From: Paecilomyces variotii
Lineage: Eukaryota
Length of the DNA: 64,000 bases
Assembly (NCBI GenBank): GCA_004022145.1
Contig: RCNU01000001.1
Direction: 5' to 3' (one strand)
A program made the translations under genes and the position numbers. The notes beneath the pieces were generated by a model. It was given only the letters and a program-made list of their open reading frames with translations, had not been told where the DNA came from and did no database searches. Positions 50,758 through 64,000 of the stretch are shown here, piece by piece (the stretch's first letter is position 1; each line of letters begins with the position of its first letter).

Positions 50758-52141
50758 CGTTTCTTTGGTTTTAGCTGGAATCGAACATGCAAAATTGAAG
50801 TTTAATAATGCCTAGCCGCTGACGCCAAGCTGGAACCATCTGTCTTTGGTCAGTATATGGTATGGCTGATGAGCGCGGGGTACGTGAATCAAAACGCCTT
50901 CGTAGGGACGGATTATCGACATCCAATCTGGGTTCGTGAAACCAAGCGCTAAAATCGGAGATTACAAGGGTTCTCAAGACACGGTTGCACAAATAGGAGA
51001 TATGAGACGCAAACTCCAAGAAGGAGGCAAGATACATGTAAAAATGCAACCGTCGTCAGGTTTCGAAGAATATCAGGGTTACAGTATGAGATGGCGCGGG
51101 CTAGAAGCTTTTTCGCGGGGGTACGAAGAAAAAAGTTGCTCAGAATACTTACGGTTAGCAAGGAACACCAGCCTTGGAGATTCACGGTCGTTCAAAATGA
51201 TGATAGATCGTACATCCACATGCTAAGGAAGAGATCCTGTAAGTTTCAAGACATGTCGTCGACTTGAGGAGCCAGACTGACTGACTTGAGGAGAGATCGC
51301 TGATGGTGGTGGGGAACAATGCAGTCAGGTGATTGCGGAACGGAAAATTTCTTAGACAGCAGGGGCTGGAGGTAGATTTTGACAGCAAATGTGCTCCCGG
51401 ATACTGTGGAGTGTAAGGAAGAATGATTATAAATAGCTTGAGTCGCTAAATCAATAGATTGGCCTAGAGAATTTGCTTTATCTGCTGTGTTATGACCGTT
51501 GAAGCTCGCGGTTCCTTGATGCCTGAGGACTTTGATCGGTATCGCACGTGACGAGACGTCTACAGGGATCAGGAACAACCTTAATAAGCATCACCACGTG
51601 CTCCTTTCCGCCCAGGGGTATGGCTGTTCTCGCGCGAGTTCTTCTGCTGGCATGATATAGACCAGCGGCATATGAACAACATAACCTGGGGTGATTCTCA
51701 TCGCTAGTATGTGATTTTACCATGTCGGTTACCTGGAGTAACTACTAGTTCCTGACTCCACAGCTCCGTATTCCCATGCTGTGGGTCCTGGGGTCCGTTC
51801 GACGTCTCGGCGTTTAGGCAAATACAACAGTTTCCTTACTTGGAAAGTGTTTGAGATGTGATAACCCGGCTGGCACACATGTAATTGCTAGTTATTCTGA
51901 TTGTCTCTTACAGTTGATATCATCGTGAGATTCCAAGAGCGCTGATCCAGTGTCTCCTCTCCTAAATCAAGCCATAACGCCAAGATACCAGTCCATTGCG
52001 CGTATTACGCAGGGCCAACAAAATCGTTCCAAGTTCGTCGCAGATCATCATGGGAAGCTGACAGCCCCATACCCCGCAATGCGTGTCACAACGGTATAGA
52101 TCAACCATGGACGAGAGTTGATATTTCATCGCCCTTCTGTT

Positions 52142-53895
52142 TCATGCCACCTGGACCTTACTTTCTTGGTATTCGAGCCTCCTTTCTTCATCTTTGTCTT
52201 CGTGTATCTGTGCCTGTAGCTCATGGGCAATAGCCATTCCATCTATATCTTTCCGCTTGCTCAGTTTTACAACCTGGGTAAGACTGTTCTGGCTGGCAAA
52301 CAGGAAATCGATACTCTCCAGCGTCCTGCCTGATGTCTCTGGATACCAGAACCAGACTACAATAATACTGGCCCAGTTGAGAATACAGAACACGATGTAT
52401 AGTTTCCAGCCGATATTTTGGATGCCAACTGGGGTGATCTCCACAACCAAGAAGGTAATGAGCCATTGCCAGACAACAGATAATGCACTGCCGCGCTGAC
52501 GGATGCGAAGTGGGAGTACTTCAGACGGATAGGCCCACATGTTAGACATCCATCCCCACGTGAAGAAAGCCTATATTACAGTTAGCTATCATCAATGCAC
52601 TCTACATCAGGCGGAGTCGCGCACCTGGAACATATATAGCATACAGACTGCAGCAATTCCATTATTGCGACCTCCAGCCATGATAGTAAGGCCAGATATC
52701 AGCATGCAGCAACCCATACCGAAACTGCCAAAAATAAATAAGGTCCGACGACCCACTTTATCGAGAATGAACCTGAAAAAAGGGGGTCAGCATTGAGATG
52801 GAAACTAGAGAAAGGGAATATCGTACCATGGAATGAACGAGGCAACGAGGAACCATAGCTGCAGGCCACCCGAGAGCAGCAGGGATTGATGAGAGTTCAA
52901 CCCAACGCTGTGGACCATGACATAAGGGGCATAATACGTGATTATATTCGTCCCTGTAAACTCTTGGAGTGCTTGTGCAGAACAGGCGATGGCAACTCGT
53001 TGCCAGCCCATAATCCCACCATCTGTAAAGCAATCCTTCCAGCCACCAGATTCGGCTTCCTCTAAGGCAATAGCATCTTTAATCTCGGTGAACTCAACAT
53101 TGACATTTTCATCTTCGGGATTTCCGTCTCGCAGCATGCAGAGTACGTCCAGCGCCTCCTGCTGTCTGTGATGACTGGCAAGCCAACGTGGACTTTCTGT
53201 CTCTATATCAGCATCCTTACTGCCTACTACAATTTTTTCTGGTTGACTTACCGGGAAGAAAACAGCACATAATTATTAGGAAAATCGCAAAGACGATCTG
53301 GAATGCAATAGGGAAGCGCCACTGGAAGCTATTGGTGTAGCCACTGCAGCCATAGTCTATCCAATATGCGATGACAATACCGACGATAAGGGACGACAGC
53401 TCCATCGCAATCGTTCGTCCACGTATATGCGCTGGAGAGATCTCACATTGCCAAACAGGGACTGCACTGGTGATGCCTCCCATACCAAAGCCCGTGACGA
53501 TTCTTCCGACTATCATCTGGGCCTGACCGTACGAGGTACACTGAATGACTGTTCCGATAATAAGAACAACGCAGCCAACGGCATTCAGCTTCCGACGACC
53601 CAGGTTTTCACCCCAGACTGCGGAGAGTAATGCTCCGCCCAGACAGCCTAGCTCATAGACGGCCACAATGAATCCCAGTAGAGAGGCATTTGGATTGCCC
53701 ATGGTCTCCAGGAATAAGGGGTCTGTGGTGAGACCCGAGAACACACCGTTATCGTACCCTGCAGCGGAGCATGAGTATGGGCTAGTTAGGATGAGAAAGT
53801 AACCTCTACTTACCAAAGAGAAGGAAACCCATCGAGCACGCCAATGTGATGGCCATCACCAGGGGCATTCCCCGAAGGCCAAAGTACGGCGCCAT
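52142..53895 (-). CDS. MFS sugar porter (STL1-like hexose/polyol:H+ symporter), 5 exons
   Basis: MAPYFGLRG..GFLLF/GYDNGVFSG, ENLGRRK, GRIVTGFGMG..VPVWQCE, WRFPIAFQ, P/ESPRWL, QEFTGTNIITYY, WAYPSEVLPLRIR, YPETSGRTLESID. Confidence 0.93.
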
Positions 53896-54030
53896 CTTGC
53901 GATATACACTGACCTATGAGTGCAATGTCTTGCCAGAAGTATTGAAATCTTCAGGATAAGGGAAATGGGATCAAGAGAGAAGAAGCATCCCCGGGTCGAA
54001 GGGGAAGCACAACATCTTCAGCAGCATAAT

Positions 54031-54231
54031 CTGGGGTATGCTCCACCCCCGCATCATACAACGTCTATCTCTCATCATGTTCGGCCAACTTCCTGAGCGG
54101 ATTCTGGAGCAGTGGATCAGGACTTCTTATGGTATACCTGATATAATTGGGACGGCATAAAGACCGCGCGTGGGGGTCCCCCCTCTTCCCCACGGGGTTG
54201 GAAGTCGGGGTTTCTCCGGATCTGCCCCCAC
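54031..54231. promoter_or_regulatory. Cluster of CreA/Mig1-type SYGGRG sites upstream of the sugar porter
   Basis: Seven matches in 200 bp, starting at 54031, 54041, 54047, 54104, 54170, 54188 and 54226. Confidence 0.6.
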
Positions 54232-54831
54232 GCTCGCTCTGGCTTGTAGAATCAAAGCTTGGAATGCTTGGGGGTTTTGGCTTTATTGTTATTGTTCAAT
54301 CCTTGGTAAGCTAGTAGATGCGTGGTCAGATGGATGACAGCACTCAGGGAGACGTTATATATAGTTCCGACAATCCTTCCTGCCGGACAGATTCCGTAGG
54401 TGATACAGTAATTCGATATGCGCGACCATGTTTACTGTGTCCATGAGCTTACACATTGAAAACAAAGGATAGAATTCAATGGACAAACTTCTTCTCTTTT
54501 CCGCCCTTTGCTGATCCAGTCCGCAGAAGCTTCGAATTCCTAAAGTTGTCTTGGTTCCATGTCAATTTCGGCAACCCACACGTTTCTAGAATCCCGCATA
54601 TTTTGCCTCAGTCAATTAATCCGTATCAAGAAATCTCTAGCACCAAGGCTGCCTAGATGTGGATAGGAATCGAGTGGATTTCCCTGTATTGGATGATGGA
54701 TAGTTAATAGAAATTGAGTTTGGCAGCCTACGTGCACGTACCACATTGCTGCCTGGAACATATGGCGCGAAGAGCTTAAAATATCCCGAGCCATATGGGA
54801 GCAGTGTTGGTATTCATCTATACCAAAATAA

Positions 54832-56427
54832 ATGCATATTTCCATACCTCAGCAGCTTTTACTTACTCTGGTCGTATCTTTTACCGTTCTTCTTTGCCAG
54901 ACCAGTATAAAATGGCTTCGTGGCCCATCAGTAGTATTACCTACAACGATGGACCAACTACCACCCGATCAGAAGGCCCGACTCCACGAAGTCGCTGATT
55001 CCTTACTCGAGATATACCAGACTCTGGCAAGGATGCGCTTCATCGATCCAGAAGGTATTCAAAAAGGGCCCCATGACATCAAGGACCTACTCCCATTGTA
55101 CGAAGAGCATGGCCTGGACCCGTCCATCATCTATCTCTACAGCATTTTACCATACATCGATACCGATCTCGCTGGCAATCGCGACTTCTTCCATGGTGGG
55201 GAATTTGCTGACTTCCGCGATCCTGAGCATGTGGAACAGGGTCGCGATCCCTTCTACGGCGATCCCCAAGGAGATGACTTTGAGGCTGAGGATGGTCCTT
55301 ACATTCGCCCTTGGGTTACGCCTTTGTCTCAGCTCGGTAATCACCAGAGTGTTATCATCTATGATGCACGAGAGCACCAAATCTGGATTATTGATCAGGA
55401 AGGATGGTCTAGCACAGATCAAGCATTGAGTGATGTACCTAATGGTGAAGTGAGGTGTGCGAATTCTAACAGTTTCGAGCATATCCCTAGTCGACCAGCT
55501 GGGGATGTGCTGCGGGATATTAATCGCTGGTACTTGACACTTGAAGAAATACCAGGAGGGGGTGACAATAGCGGTGGTGAATGGAGTGATTGGGATTTGG
55601 ATCTCAAAGGATTGTATCGGGAAAACGGATGGCCGGATAATTTTGATGGCGACGCATTTCAGGCCGCCCAAGCACGCGCATATGCCGCTTCCCGAGCCAA
55701 GTATTTCGCAGAGGAGCCATTGAGAGCGGTGGAGAAATACAAAGATTGGTTCAAGTACTTGGACAGACAGGTCCGAACTAACCAAGAGAAACTTGATACT
55801 GCGAAGACGAAGGATGAGGAATGGTGTGCGCGCTTTGATCTCTGGAAAGCGGAACGGCTGAGAAAACGTAATGAAGATGACCTTAAGAAGGCAGAAGAAG
55901 AAGTTGGCAGACTGTGTCCTGGTGGTGTATGCCAGAGAAAAGAAGACCCTCCGTTGTGGGAATTGGAAATGCTACGCCATGAATACAAATGGAAGCAGGA
56001 AAGCATCGAATCCAACGGAGATGGGGCAGAAGATCTCGAGTCTGACCCGGAACAGGTGCGACAATTCCGTGTTCAACTCCGCCAAAGAGAGAAGAGCGCC
56101 AACATCTACCGGATGGCATATGAAGCGGCTAAAGCTGATGCTGAACGAATGTGCCCCGGAAAGACCTTCCAATCAGCCACAGGGATTAAGTCACTGGGGC
56201 GGCAGGACACAGTGACCAGCATACAATTCCATAAGGATGCAGTCGTCTCGCTGCAACAAGGCGTGCAGGACCTCAGAGAATGGGCAGCTCGACTTCCTGA
56301 TGATGCAAAGAAAGCAAGGGAGATGGTCGAAAACGATATTCAGCAGCATGAGCGATCTATCAAGAACATGAGAGATATGCAAAAAAGAGCAGAAGATTGG
56401 CTCGAACAACACGGAAATACAGAATAG
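54832..56427 (+). CDS. Uncharacterised intronless protein (up to 531 aa; true start may be the ATG at 54949) with C-terminal helical repeats
   Basis: Long uninterrupted ORF with a globular-looking acidic N-terminal half and a charged coiled-coil C-terminal half. Confidence 0.75.
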   Translation: MHISIPQQLLLTLVVSFTVLLCQTSIKWLRGPSVVLPTTMDQLPPDQKARLHEVADSLLEIYQTLARMRFIDPEGIQKGPHDIKDLLPLYEEHGLDPSIIYLYSILPYIDTDLAGNRDFFHGGEFADFRDPEHVEQGRDPFYGDPQGDDFEAEDGPYIRPWVTPLSQLGNHQSVIIYDAREHQIWIIDQEGWSSTDQALSDVPNGEVRCANSNSFEHIPSRPAGDVLRDINRWYLTLEEIPGGGDNSGGEWSDWDLDLKGLYRENGWPDNFDGDAFQAAQARAYAASRAKYFAEEPLRAVEKYKDWFKYLDRQVRTNQEKLDTAKTKDEEWCARFDLWKAERLRKRNEDDLKKAEEEVGRLCPGGVCQRKEDPPLWELEMLRHEYKWKQESIESNGDGAEDLESDPEQVRQFRVQLRQREKSANIYRMAYEAAKADAERMCPGKTFQSATGIKSLGRQDTVTSIQFHKDAVVSLQQGVQDLREWAARLPDDAKKAREMVENDIQQHERSIKNMRDMQKRAEDWLEQHGNTE

Positions 56428-56739
56428 TCTGGCTGTAAGATTACTATAGCAGATTGAGCAGTCTTTTAATCACTATGCTATAAATTTGTAATCGCCACTA
56501 GAAACATTTGGTTGTACGATGCCTGACTAGAGTCTAGAGTAATGTCTTGAGGAGAAGACGAGATACGGGCTTGGCGCCCTACGGCCCCTCCAACCAATGG
56601 GGTTCTGCACGAGAACATTTTTTATACAAACGTCACCGTGGAAAGAATAGTACTGTGCTGCGATCTAAAGTACACACAACAGATTACAATCCAAATGTGG
56701 CAGATATAGACACAGAAAAAGGTCAAGCTTATTTTTATC

Positions 56740-58277
56740 ATGCCTTCTCAACCACCCATCCCACATCTGCTCACGCCATATGTCACCCCGCCCCGCTCAT
56801 CACTCTCCCTGGTCACATCCGTGCTGAGCGCAACGGGCAATTGGCTGGTCTTGAGAATACTGTTCGCGGCCCTGGGTACTGGCCGGAATGGCGTTACCCC
56901 GGGAATCGGGCTCCAGAGTGGTGATGGTGTTGGGGAGTTTGGTGGGAGTAGGAAGAAAGTTGTGCTGTTGAGCTTTTTGCGGGGGTGGGATTTTTGGAAA
57001 TCAGAGGCGAAGAGATTGGTGAGTACACTCTTAAAAATTCTCTGCGTGTTTATTGAGGATTCGCATTGCCCTGCTAGTTTTCATCATGTCTGGGAAGACA
57101 TTAAGATATTCATATTCTGCTATGTTTCATTCATTTGGCAAGACTTACAATTATTCTGTGCCCTTGTTATTATGCCCGATCTTTTTTCGCCCTTCCTTTT
57201 ATGTGAAGTCTACACTATATCCGTTCGATCTAACCAGGGTTGTATCTAATACCCCTCTATTTTCTGATGATGATGATGATAATTCCTGCTCTCTATTCCA
57301 AGTCTATTCCCGGAGAGATGAGACTAAACATTGCAAGAGCAAATTTCCAAGATACCACTCTATTTTTCATTCTTTTCTTTTTACTCCTCCTCTATTGGAA
57401 ACCAACATAACTAATATCCTCTACCAGGGCCTTGATATAGGCCGTCTGTCAGAACAAGGACGGTTCGCTTTCATCGACGGACTCTCAGAACTATTTCATT
57501 CATCCACTCCTACACCCGCAGTAGCTCCATCACCATTCACAGCACAACCAGCTGCTGTACCTTCGAGAGGGACACTCCCAGTCCGCTCTGCACCTGGTGC
57601 TCTTCGGACACCGGCGCAACCAGCGCAACCGGCTCCAGCAGTTGGCAAAGCTCCATCCGGCTCAGAACCGGTAAAGAGGCTGCATCTCTCTGGGCGCGGC
57701 CAGGCTGCACTTGATACGTTAGAGAAGGACATCGTCGCCGTGATTAACGGGCTGAGGGGAAAGAAGGGGCCCGGAAATGATGACGAAAGTGAGATATTGC
57801 TAGTTATTGACCAGCCAGACCTACTACTAGCTGCAACGGGACTGAGTCATGGGATTTCTGCTACGGATATGGGAGAATGGATAATGGGACTACAACAGGT
57901 ACGTCGAGCCTTTTGAATAAGGCCGGGAAAGGGATGAGTATGCTAACAGCTGATAGCACGTCTACTCGACAGTTGTTACATTAGCCGCAGATTCACCATT
58001 GATACACAATGCATCTGCTTTCGCCCAGCAGCAGCAAGCGACACCACTGGAAACAGAGCATGCAGCATTTGTTGTTGGTCTTGCGCATAGGGCTTCGATG
58101 GTGATGCAGCTTCGGAATCTGGACACAGGAGCCGCTAAGGATGTCAGCGGAGTGCTGAGAATCAGCAAAGGTGGAGGGCCGGATCAGGAAACCGGCGAGG
58201 GCGCATGGGAGGAGAAAGAAGTCTTGTACTTCGTTCAGCGCGATGGAGGCGTAAGGGTCTTCGGACGGGGCGAATGA
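56740..58277 (+). CDS. elp6: Elongator complex subunit Elp6-like, 3 exons
   Basis: SLSLVTSVLSATGNWLVLRIL..VVLLSFLRGWDFWKSEAKRL/GLDIGRL..FAFIDGL..LLVIDQPDLLLA..LRNLDTGAAKDVSGVLRI..LYFVQRDGGVRVFGRGE. Confidence 0.82.
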
Positions 58278-58734
58278 ATCGAGAGTTTCTGTGAAACCTC
58301 CTCGAACAGCGGCGTTTAGGAGTTATCTCAATCAGACCTGTCCTGGGATTGAATTGGGTGAGAGTAATAGGGAGACAAGTGTTTTTTTTATTTTGTGGAT
58401 TTGGGAATAAGGTAGCCTTTTCGTAGAATGCTCGAATTCAGTAAGACAGGTTCATGTATTGGAGAAGATCTCCCAGATACCGTGTCTGCCATTGACATGG
58501 GATATTCGCCAGCGATTAACAAAAAGGAAATTCATGCACACGCCTTCCCTTTTCTTCCACCGAAAACCCATGACTTTTTTGGTCTTCCGTTATGTTTTCG
58601 TTGGACCCTGGCGGCAGAAAAGGCCCCTTCAGCATCCCCTGGAATCATCACGCCCAAAGCCGCTGTTTTTATAAGACGACTGCCGCATCATTTCAAACCT
58701 CCAGCTTCCGACAAAATCCGACGTAAGAAGACAT

Positions 58735-59301
<567 letters not shown>

Positions 59302-60056
59302 CTTGAATCAGAGGGACTGTACCACGTCAATCGTTAGCAAAATTATTTCCCTATAGCATGTAGCAAACGAGACGCGAAAGGAGTCTCCTCTCACCTGGTG
59401 ATTCCGTTGAAGGGCGGGTTGTCGTTGTCGTCGTCGCTGGGCGTATCGGAAGTTCGCTGAGAGTTCAACTGGGCGTCGCTAAGCGAATTGTGGTTTCAGG
59501 GCTTGAACCCTGGTCCCGTGATCCTTTCAGCCCGGCTTCCAACCGTCACATGACTTGAGAGGCAGACCCACATTTGCTTCCGCGTGGAGCTTAGACTAGA
59601 CCGAAGTTCAGACCCATCTCCATTTCTCATACTCATAGTCGTGGACTCGTGGCTAAACTTCAACGTTTCGATCAAGATTGCGTCCTGGACGCTAAATTCT
59701 ACATGGCTCACACAGTGGCTTCATACATTATTGCATAGCTGTATCTGTATAAATCAGCTACGAGCGTGGATCAATTAAAGCATATGTTTAGTCCTTACGG
59801 CAATGAAAATAGCTATTTCGTGGGCGAAGAAAAGAGATACCTAGACAGGAGAATACTCTCTGACATCTCATTGAAACAGACTCTCAGAAGGAATAAACAA
59901 ATCGAGGCATTGCTCCTCGTTTCTATAGTGAATTTATCACCCATCTCGTTCGCATTTGATTCAACTCAAGGATAATTTCATGGCCAGCATGTTTTGCATT
60001 TACAGGAAGAGAATCAGACGCCCACGTAGATATCATAAATAGATGAAACAGAATCA

Positions 60057-61481
60057 TTATACAAGCTCATCTTTCCCAATAAAACGACTCATAGGATCCT
60101 CCGCAGCAAGGCGACTTCGCTTGTATGACTCCAATTCCTCTTCGCTGACGCCTTGCTGCACCTCCATAAGCGATCGCTTCTTGGAGTTGGTATCTGCCGC
60201 ATCTTTCTGATTTTGATCGCTACCGCCTGTCCTCGGCTCTGCCGAATCCGCCTCGTCATTTTCTTTGGCAGTGGTCTCTTCGCTGTCTCCCTCTGGCGGT
60301 AAGAGCATATTGCCTGCCTCTTCGAACGCCCGTTTCCCTTCCTCGCCAGTACAGTAACTGTTTTTGACAGTAGAATGACAGCATGCATATCCCCATTCGA
60401 AATTGTGCCACCAACTTCCCCATACTGATGTGTGGTTGTTGATGAGAATGTCTTCCGCGTATTTCGATTTTGCCACTTTCTTTGGCGCTCCCTTGATAGC
60501 ACCGGTCTCATCATACTCAACGAACCGCTCATTTTCAACAACCGCAGCGTCCTTCAGAGGAGAGGGCTGCAGATACTCCTCGCCACCATACTTCTCAAGG
60601 AGTGCTTTGCGCTTAGCTTGACGTTTGGCCTCGGATTCTTGCTCATGCTTCTTCCTAAGGACCTCTCCAGACGTAGGGTTGGCCTGGAGATGTATCTTGT
60701 CCTTGCCTCCGCGTTCTTGTGATTCCCAAGCATAACGCTGCGCTTTCTCGAACTCTGCAGCATCTCCCGATGCACGCACGAAATTTTCTTCTGCAACAAG
60801 AGCTGATGCCTGGTCCGCCTGCGCTCCCATATCTACCATTGATCGCGTCTTGGGATCATATTTTGCGGAGTCAAGGTCAAGGTTGAGCAAATACTTTGCT
60901 GTGTCTTCTCGGATTCGCAGGTTCCTGGTTGCTGTGCTCTGTTGTCTTCCCATGTCTGATTCTTCCGCATACCGTGCTTCTTCATCGTGACCTCCATCCT
61001 CATCGTCCTCGCCGTCAAGCTGTTTCTTTTCGCTTTCTTCTTTAGCTTTTCGCTTCAATTTCTCAAGCTCCTCATATTCCTCAATCACGCTGCGATATTC
61101 CCTTGGATCATAACCATTCCATCGATCCCGCTTCGCATCCCAGCCTAGTTCCACATCTTGCACGATTTCGTCTGCCTGGATATCCTTCCCTGTCCATTTC
61201 GCTCCATGCTTTCGTGGCCGACTGAGGCACTCCTTAGTCTTGTGGGTCATAGCACCGCAGTTCTCGCATGCTCCTTTCCGGTACTTAGTGGCAGCGGGAC
61301 CAGCACGCTTGCCTCTTTCGTACCACTTGGACTGATCAGCAGTCGATTTTTGTAAGCGCTGATGCTCTAGATAGTCGTTTGCTGTGGCGTCATCATCGAT
61401 ATAGAACGGTTTCTTCGAGATGAAGGACGGGATGTACTCGTTGCGCTCCTTGGACGCCACATCGGTGGGTTTGCGCGACAT
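60057..61481 (-). CDS. slu7: Pre-mRNA splicing factor Slu7, intronless CDS
   Basis: [14 protein letters not shown], zinc knuckle [48 protein letters not shown]. Confidence 0.96.
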   Translation of the reverse strand: MSRKPTDVASKERNEYIPSFISKKPFYIDDDATANDYLEHQRLQKSTADQSKWYERGKRAGPAATKYRKGACENCGAMTHKTKECLSRPRKHGAKWTGKDIQADEIVQDVELGWDAKRDRWNGYDPREYRSVIEEYEELEKLKRKAKEESEKKQLDGEDDEDGGHDEEARYAEESDMGRQQSTATRNLRIREDTAKYLLNLDLDSAKYDPKTRSMVDMGAQADQASALVAEENFVRASGDAAEFEKAQRYAWESQERGGKDKIHLQANPTSGEVLRKKHEQESEAKRQAKRKALLEKYGGEEYLQPSPLKDAAVVENERFVEYDETGAIKGAPKKVAKSKYAEDILINNHTSVWGSWWHNFEWGYACCHSTVKNSYCTGEEGKRAFEEAGNMLLPPEGDSEETTAKENDEADSAEPRTGGSDQNQKDAADTNSKKRSLMEVQQGVSEEELESYKRSRLAAEDPMSRFIGKDELV

Positions 61482-61888
61482 CCTGGCTGCAACTGTCGGG
61501 AAAATGCTGATATAATCCTGTCTTATTTGCGATTATTATTGAACCAGAAAGAGTGTTGTAAATATGGGAAGTTGGCAAGATAACTGCCTCGAAAGAGAAA
61601 AGATATGAGCTCTCGCGGAGTCTGGAGATCGGAGATAGCTCTGGGACCCACACTTACCACGTGATCAGGCGTTCCTCTTCGCGCTTAAGTAAGTAGTGTT
61701 ATGCACGTCATTCTCCGCATTCTTCAAGACGCGATTCTCAACAGGGATGTACATAGGTTCAGGTTGAGACGAGAACCGTGACGCGACTCTTATTCTCTTG
61801 GATAGGTTTTGGAGTCGAGGTTCCTCAGTTCCTCGTTATGCATTCAATATGTTGATATCGACCTTTGTGTCTCACTATTGAACGACAG

Positions 61889-64000
61889 ATGGATCTTTTC
61901 AAAGTCCGTCTGAACTGTATTGACCACTATCAAGCAGAACCTTCGGAATTTGATCCTCCTGTTCCATATGACTATGAACCCCGCGAACGAAGGAAGGGTA
62001 GGCTGAAAGTCCCAGTAATTCGCGTTTTTGGCGCGACGGAGACAGGTCAGAAGGTCTGCGCTCATATCCATGGCGCGTTTCCATATCTCTATGTCGAATA
62101 CGACGGGAGCCTGGAACCGGATGAAGGTTGGTAAAGTTTCTTCTATACTGGATCGATATAGCTAAAGTGCCGCGCAGTAAACTCAGCTATTCGTACCCTT
62201 CACGTTTCAATCGACCATGCCTTGGCGGTCAGCTACCAGCGGAATGCCTACGACGGCAAGACGGCGTATGTTGCTCATGTCTCGCTCGTGAAAGGGACGC
62301 CCTTCTATGGGTATTACGTGGGATACAGGTTCTATTTCAAAATCTATCTGTTAAACCCATTCCACATAACACGACTTGCGGATCTCTTGCGACAAGGCGC
62401 TGTAATGAAACGCCAATTACAACCATATGAAAGCCACCTCCAATACATACCGCAATGGATGTGTGACTACAACTTGTACGGGTGTGCAGATATGAATTGT
62501 AGAAAAGTCAAATTCCGAGCGCCAGTTCCTGAGTATCTCGAGCTCAATGACCTTTCGCACCAATGGCATAATCGGTCTATACCAGGGGACCTTATTTCAG
62601 ATGACTCGATCCTGCCGAAACAGAGCCATTGTCCCTTGGAAGTCGATATCTGCGTCCAGGATATCGTTAATCGATTGGAGATCAAAGAAAGACCGTTGCA
62701 CCACGATTTCATAGAGAGGCTGCAACCATTGGCTTCTGATTTGAAACTGGTCCCCAGCATGGCAGGGCTATGGCAGGATGAAACTCGCAGGCGTAAAAAG
62801 AGAATGGGCCTGACAGACCCGGAAAGCACACCGTTCGGTCCGGAAGAGCTGGTTTCTATGTCTGCAGATTCAAGAAACCAAGAAAAAGGTGGCTGGATTC
62901 ATGAAGATGATTACCGCCAGAAAGTCCTTGAGATTGCTGCCGAGGAAAAGCGTGACGGTGGCGACGATGGTTTATCATTTGATAACTTCGTCTCGAGGAA
63001 ACCGTTTGAAAGTGAAATCCAGACCGTCTTACAGAGCGTGGAAGAATTGTTTCCTCAGCAGTTCCAGCAGTCCACTTTGCAAAGGACAGGAACTCAGCAT
63101 GCAGGAGAGATACCGACTGCAGAAATCCAGGTGGACGAGGATACTGTCTTGTCATTCAGAGACGGAGACAATTTTTTCTATTCCGATGACGAGTATTCCG
63201 ACCAACCGTACCTTGTTGCTGAGGAAAGTGACCAGGCTTCACCAGATCCCCTCAACTGCAACCCCGAAGTTGGAGGTGAAGCCGCTGAACAACTCTACGA
63301 AGCCAGCTCCGAAGTCAACATTCGAACTCTAAATGATTCTATCTACAATAACTGCGCGGGGGACCCTTTCTTGCCATCTGCAGATCTTCACAAAGCTGAA
63401 GAAACATGCAGAAATGCCCTGATTGAGTCGGATGCTTCGGGCGATGCAACTGATAACACCCGACGGTCTTTGAAGCGTGCCCAAGAGGAATCAGTCGCCC
63501 ATGAACCTGCACGGAAAAGACACCGACGTCTGGGCTATTCTGCGGAAAATCCAGACACCAAAACCCGTGCTCGAAGTGATACACTCGACATTTCTACTGA
63601 GAGCCCGAACTCTGTCAACGGAGGAGTGAGGGAACCCACCTTCAGCGGCAGGACAGGAACGCCAAGTGGTACGCCGTCTTCTCCGTCAAAGCCATCATCC
63701 TCGCAAAAGACTCTACGAGCTCTTGGGGAAGGTCAAAACCAGCGCATTCAATTTCCTGTAGTCAAAGATCCGAACGATCCTGCGACGATACTGCGGTTTA
63801 GCCAGCGAAGTGCTTGCTCAAAGCTTACTCTGGACTCGTCTCAGAAGATTACACAACTCTCGCACGAACAAGAGGAGACCTCAAGTCCGTCAAAACAATA
63901 CCAGCCCCCTTCATCGCAATCCCACTCCTTCTCTAGTCTATCCACGTCAACATGGATCGACCCTCATATCGTTGCTGTATGCTCGACGATGCATCATGCC
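61889..64000 (+). CDS. rev3: DNA polymerase zeta catalytic subunit Rev3 (5' part, runs off the window end)
   Basis: MDLFKVRLNCIDHYQA..KVPVIRVFGATETGQKVCAHIHGAFPYLY, intron 62127-62177, then VKGTPFYGYYVG, YESHLQYIPQWMCDYNLYGC and LVPSMAGLWQDE. Confidence 0.93.

Noticed and set aside
57266..57280. ATGATGA box C-like motif in the elp6 intron
   Set aside because: It is part of a (GAT)n microsatellite, and there is no downstream CTGA box D within the intron.

Overview
Gene-dense, intron-rich region of a filamentous ascomycete genome. The protein sequences and intron signals (GT-AG, CTRAC branch sites) look like Eurotiales. I can support 21 protein-coding genes, mostly conserved housekeeping: histone H1, FEN1, a Zn2Cys6 TF, NADPH oxidase NoxB, glutaryl-CoA dehydrogenase, a Ubc4-type E2, a glyoxalase/VOC-fusion protein, Nep1/Emg1, Eco1, two low-complexity conserved hypotheticals, eIF2A, a Nup37-like protein, APC1/BimE, a Gal4-like TF, a sugar porter, an uncharacterised 531-aa ORF, Elp6, Rpl37, Slu7 and the 5' part of Rev3. 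I could not support any tRNA, rRNA, CRISPR array or intact transposon. The most intriguing signal is the ~500 nt downstream of NEP1. It contains a candidate intron whose donor overlaps the stop codon, a long G.U-containing sense-strand RNA structure, and two hairpins showing the known Nep1 RNA-recognition motif (C/U)UCAAC in their loops. Together these suggest possible, untested autoregulation by rRNA mimicry. All exon boundaries and folds were read by eye.
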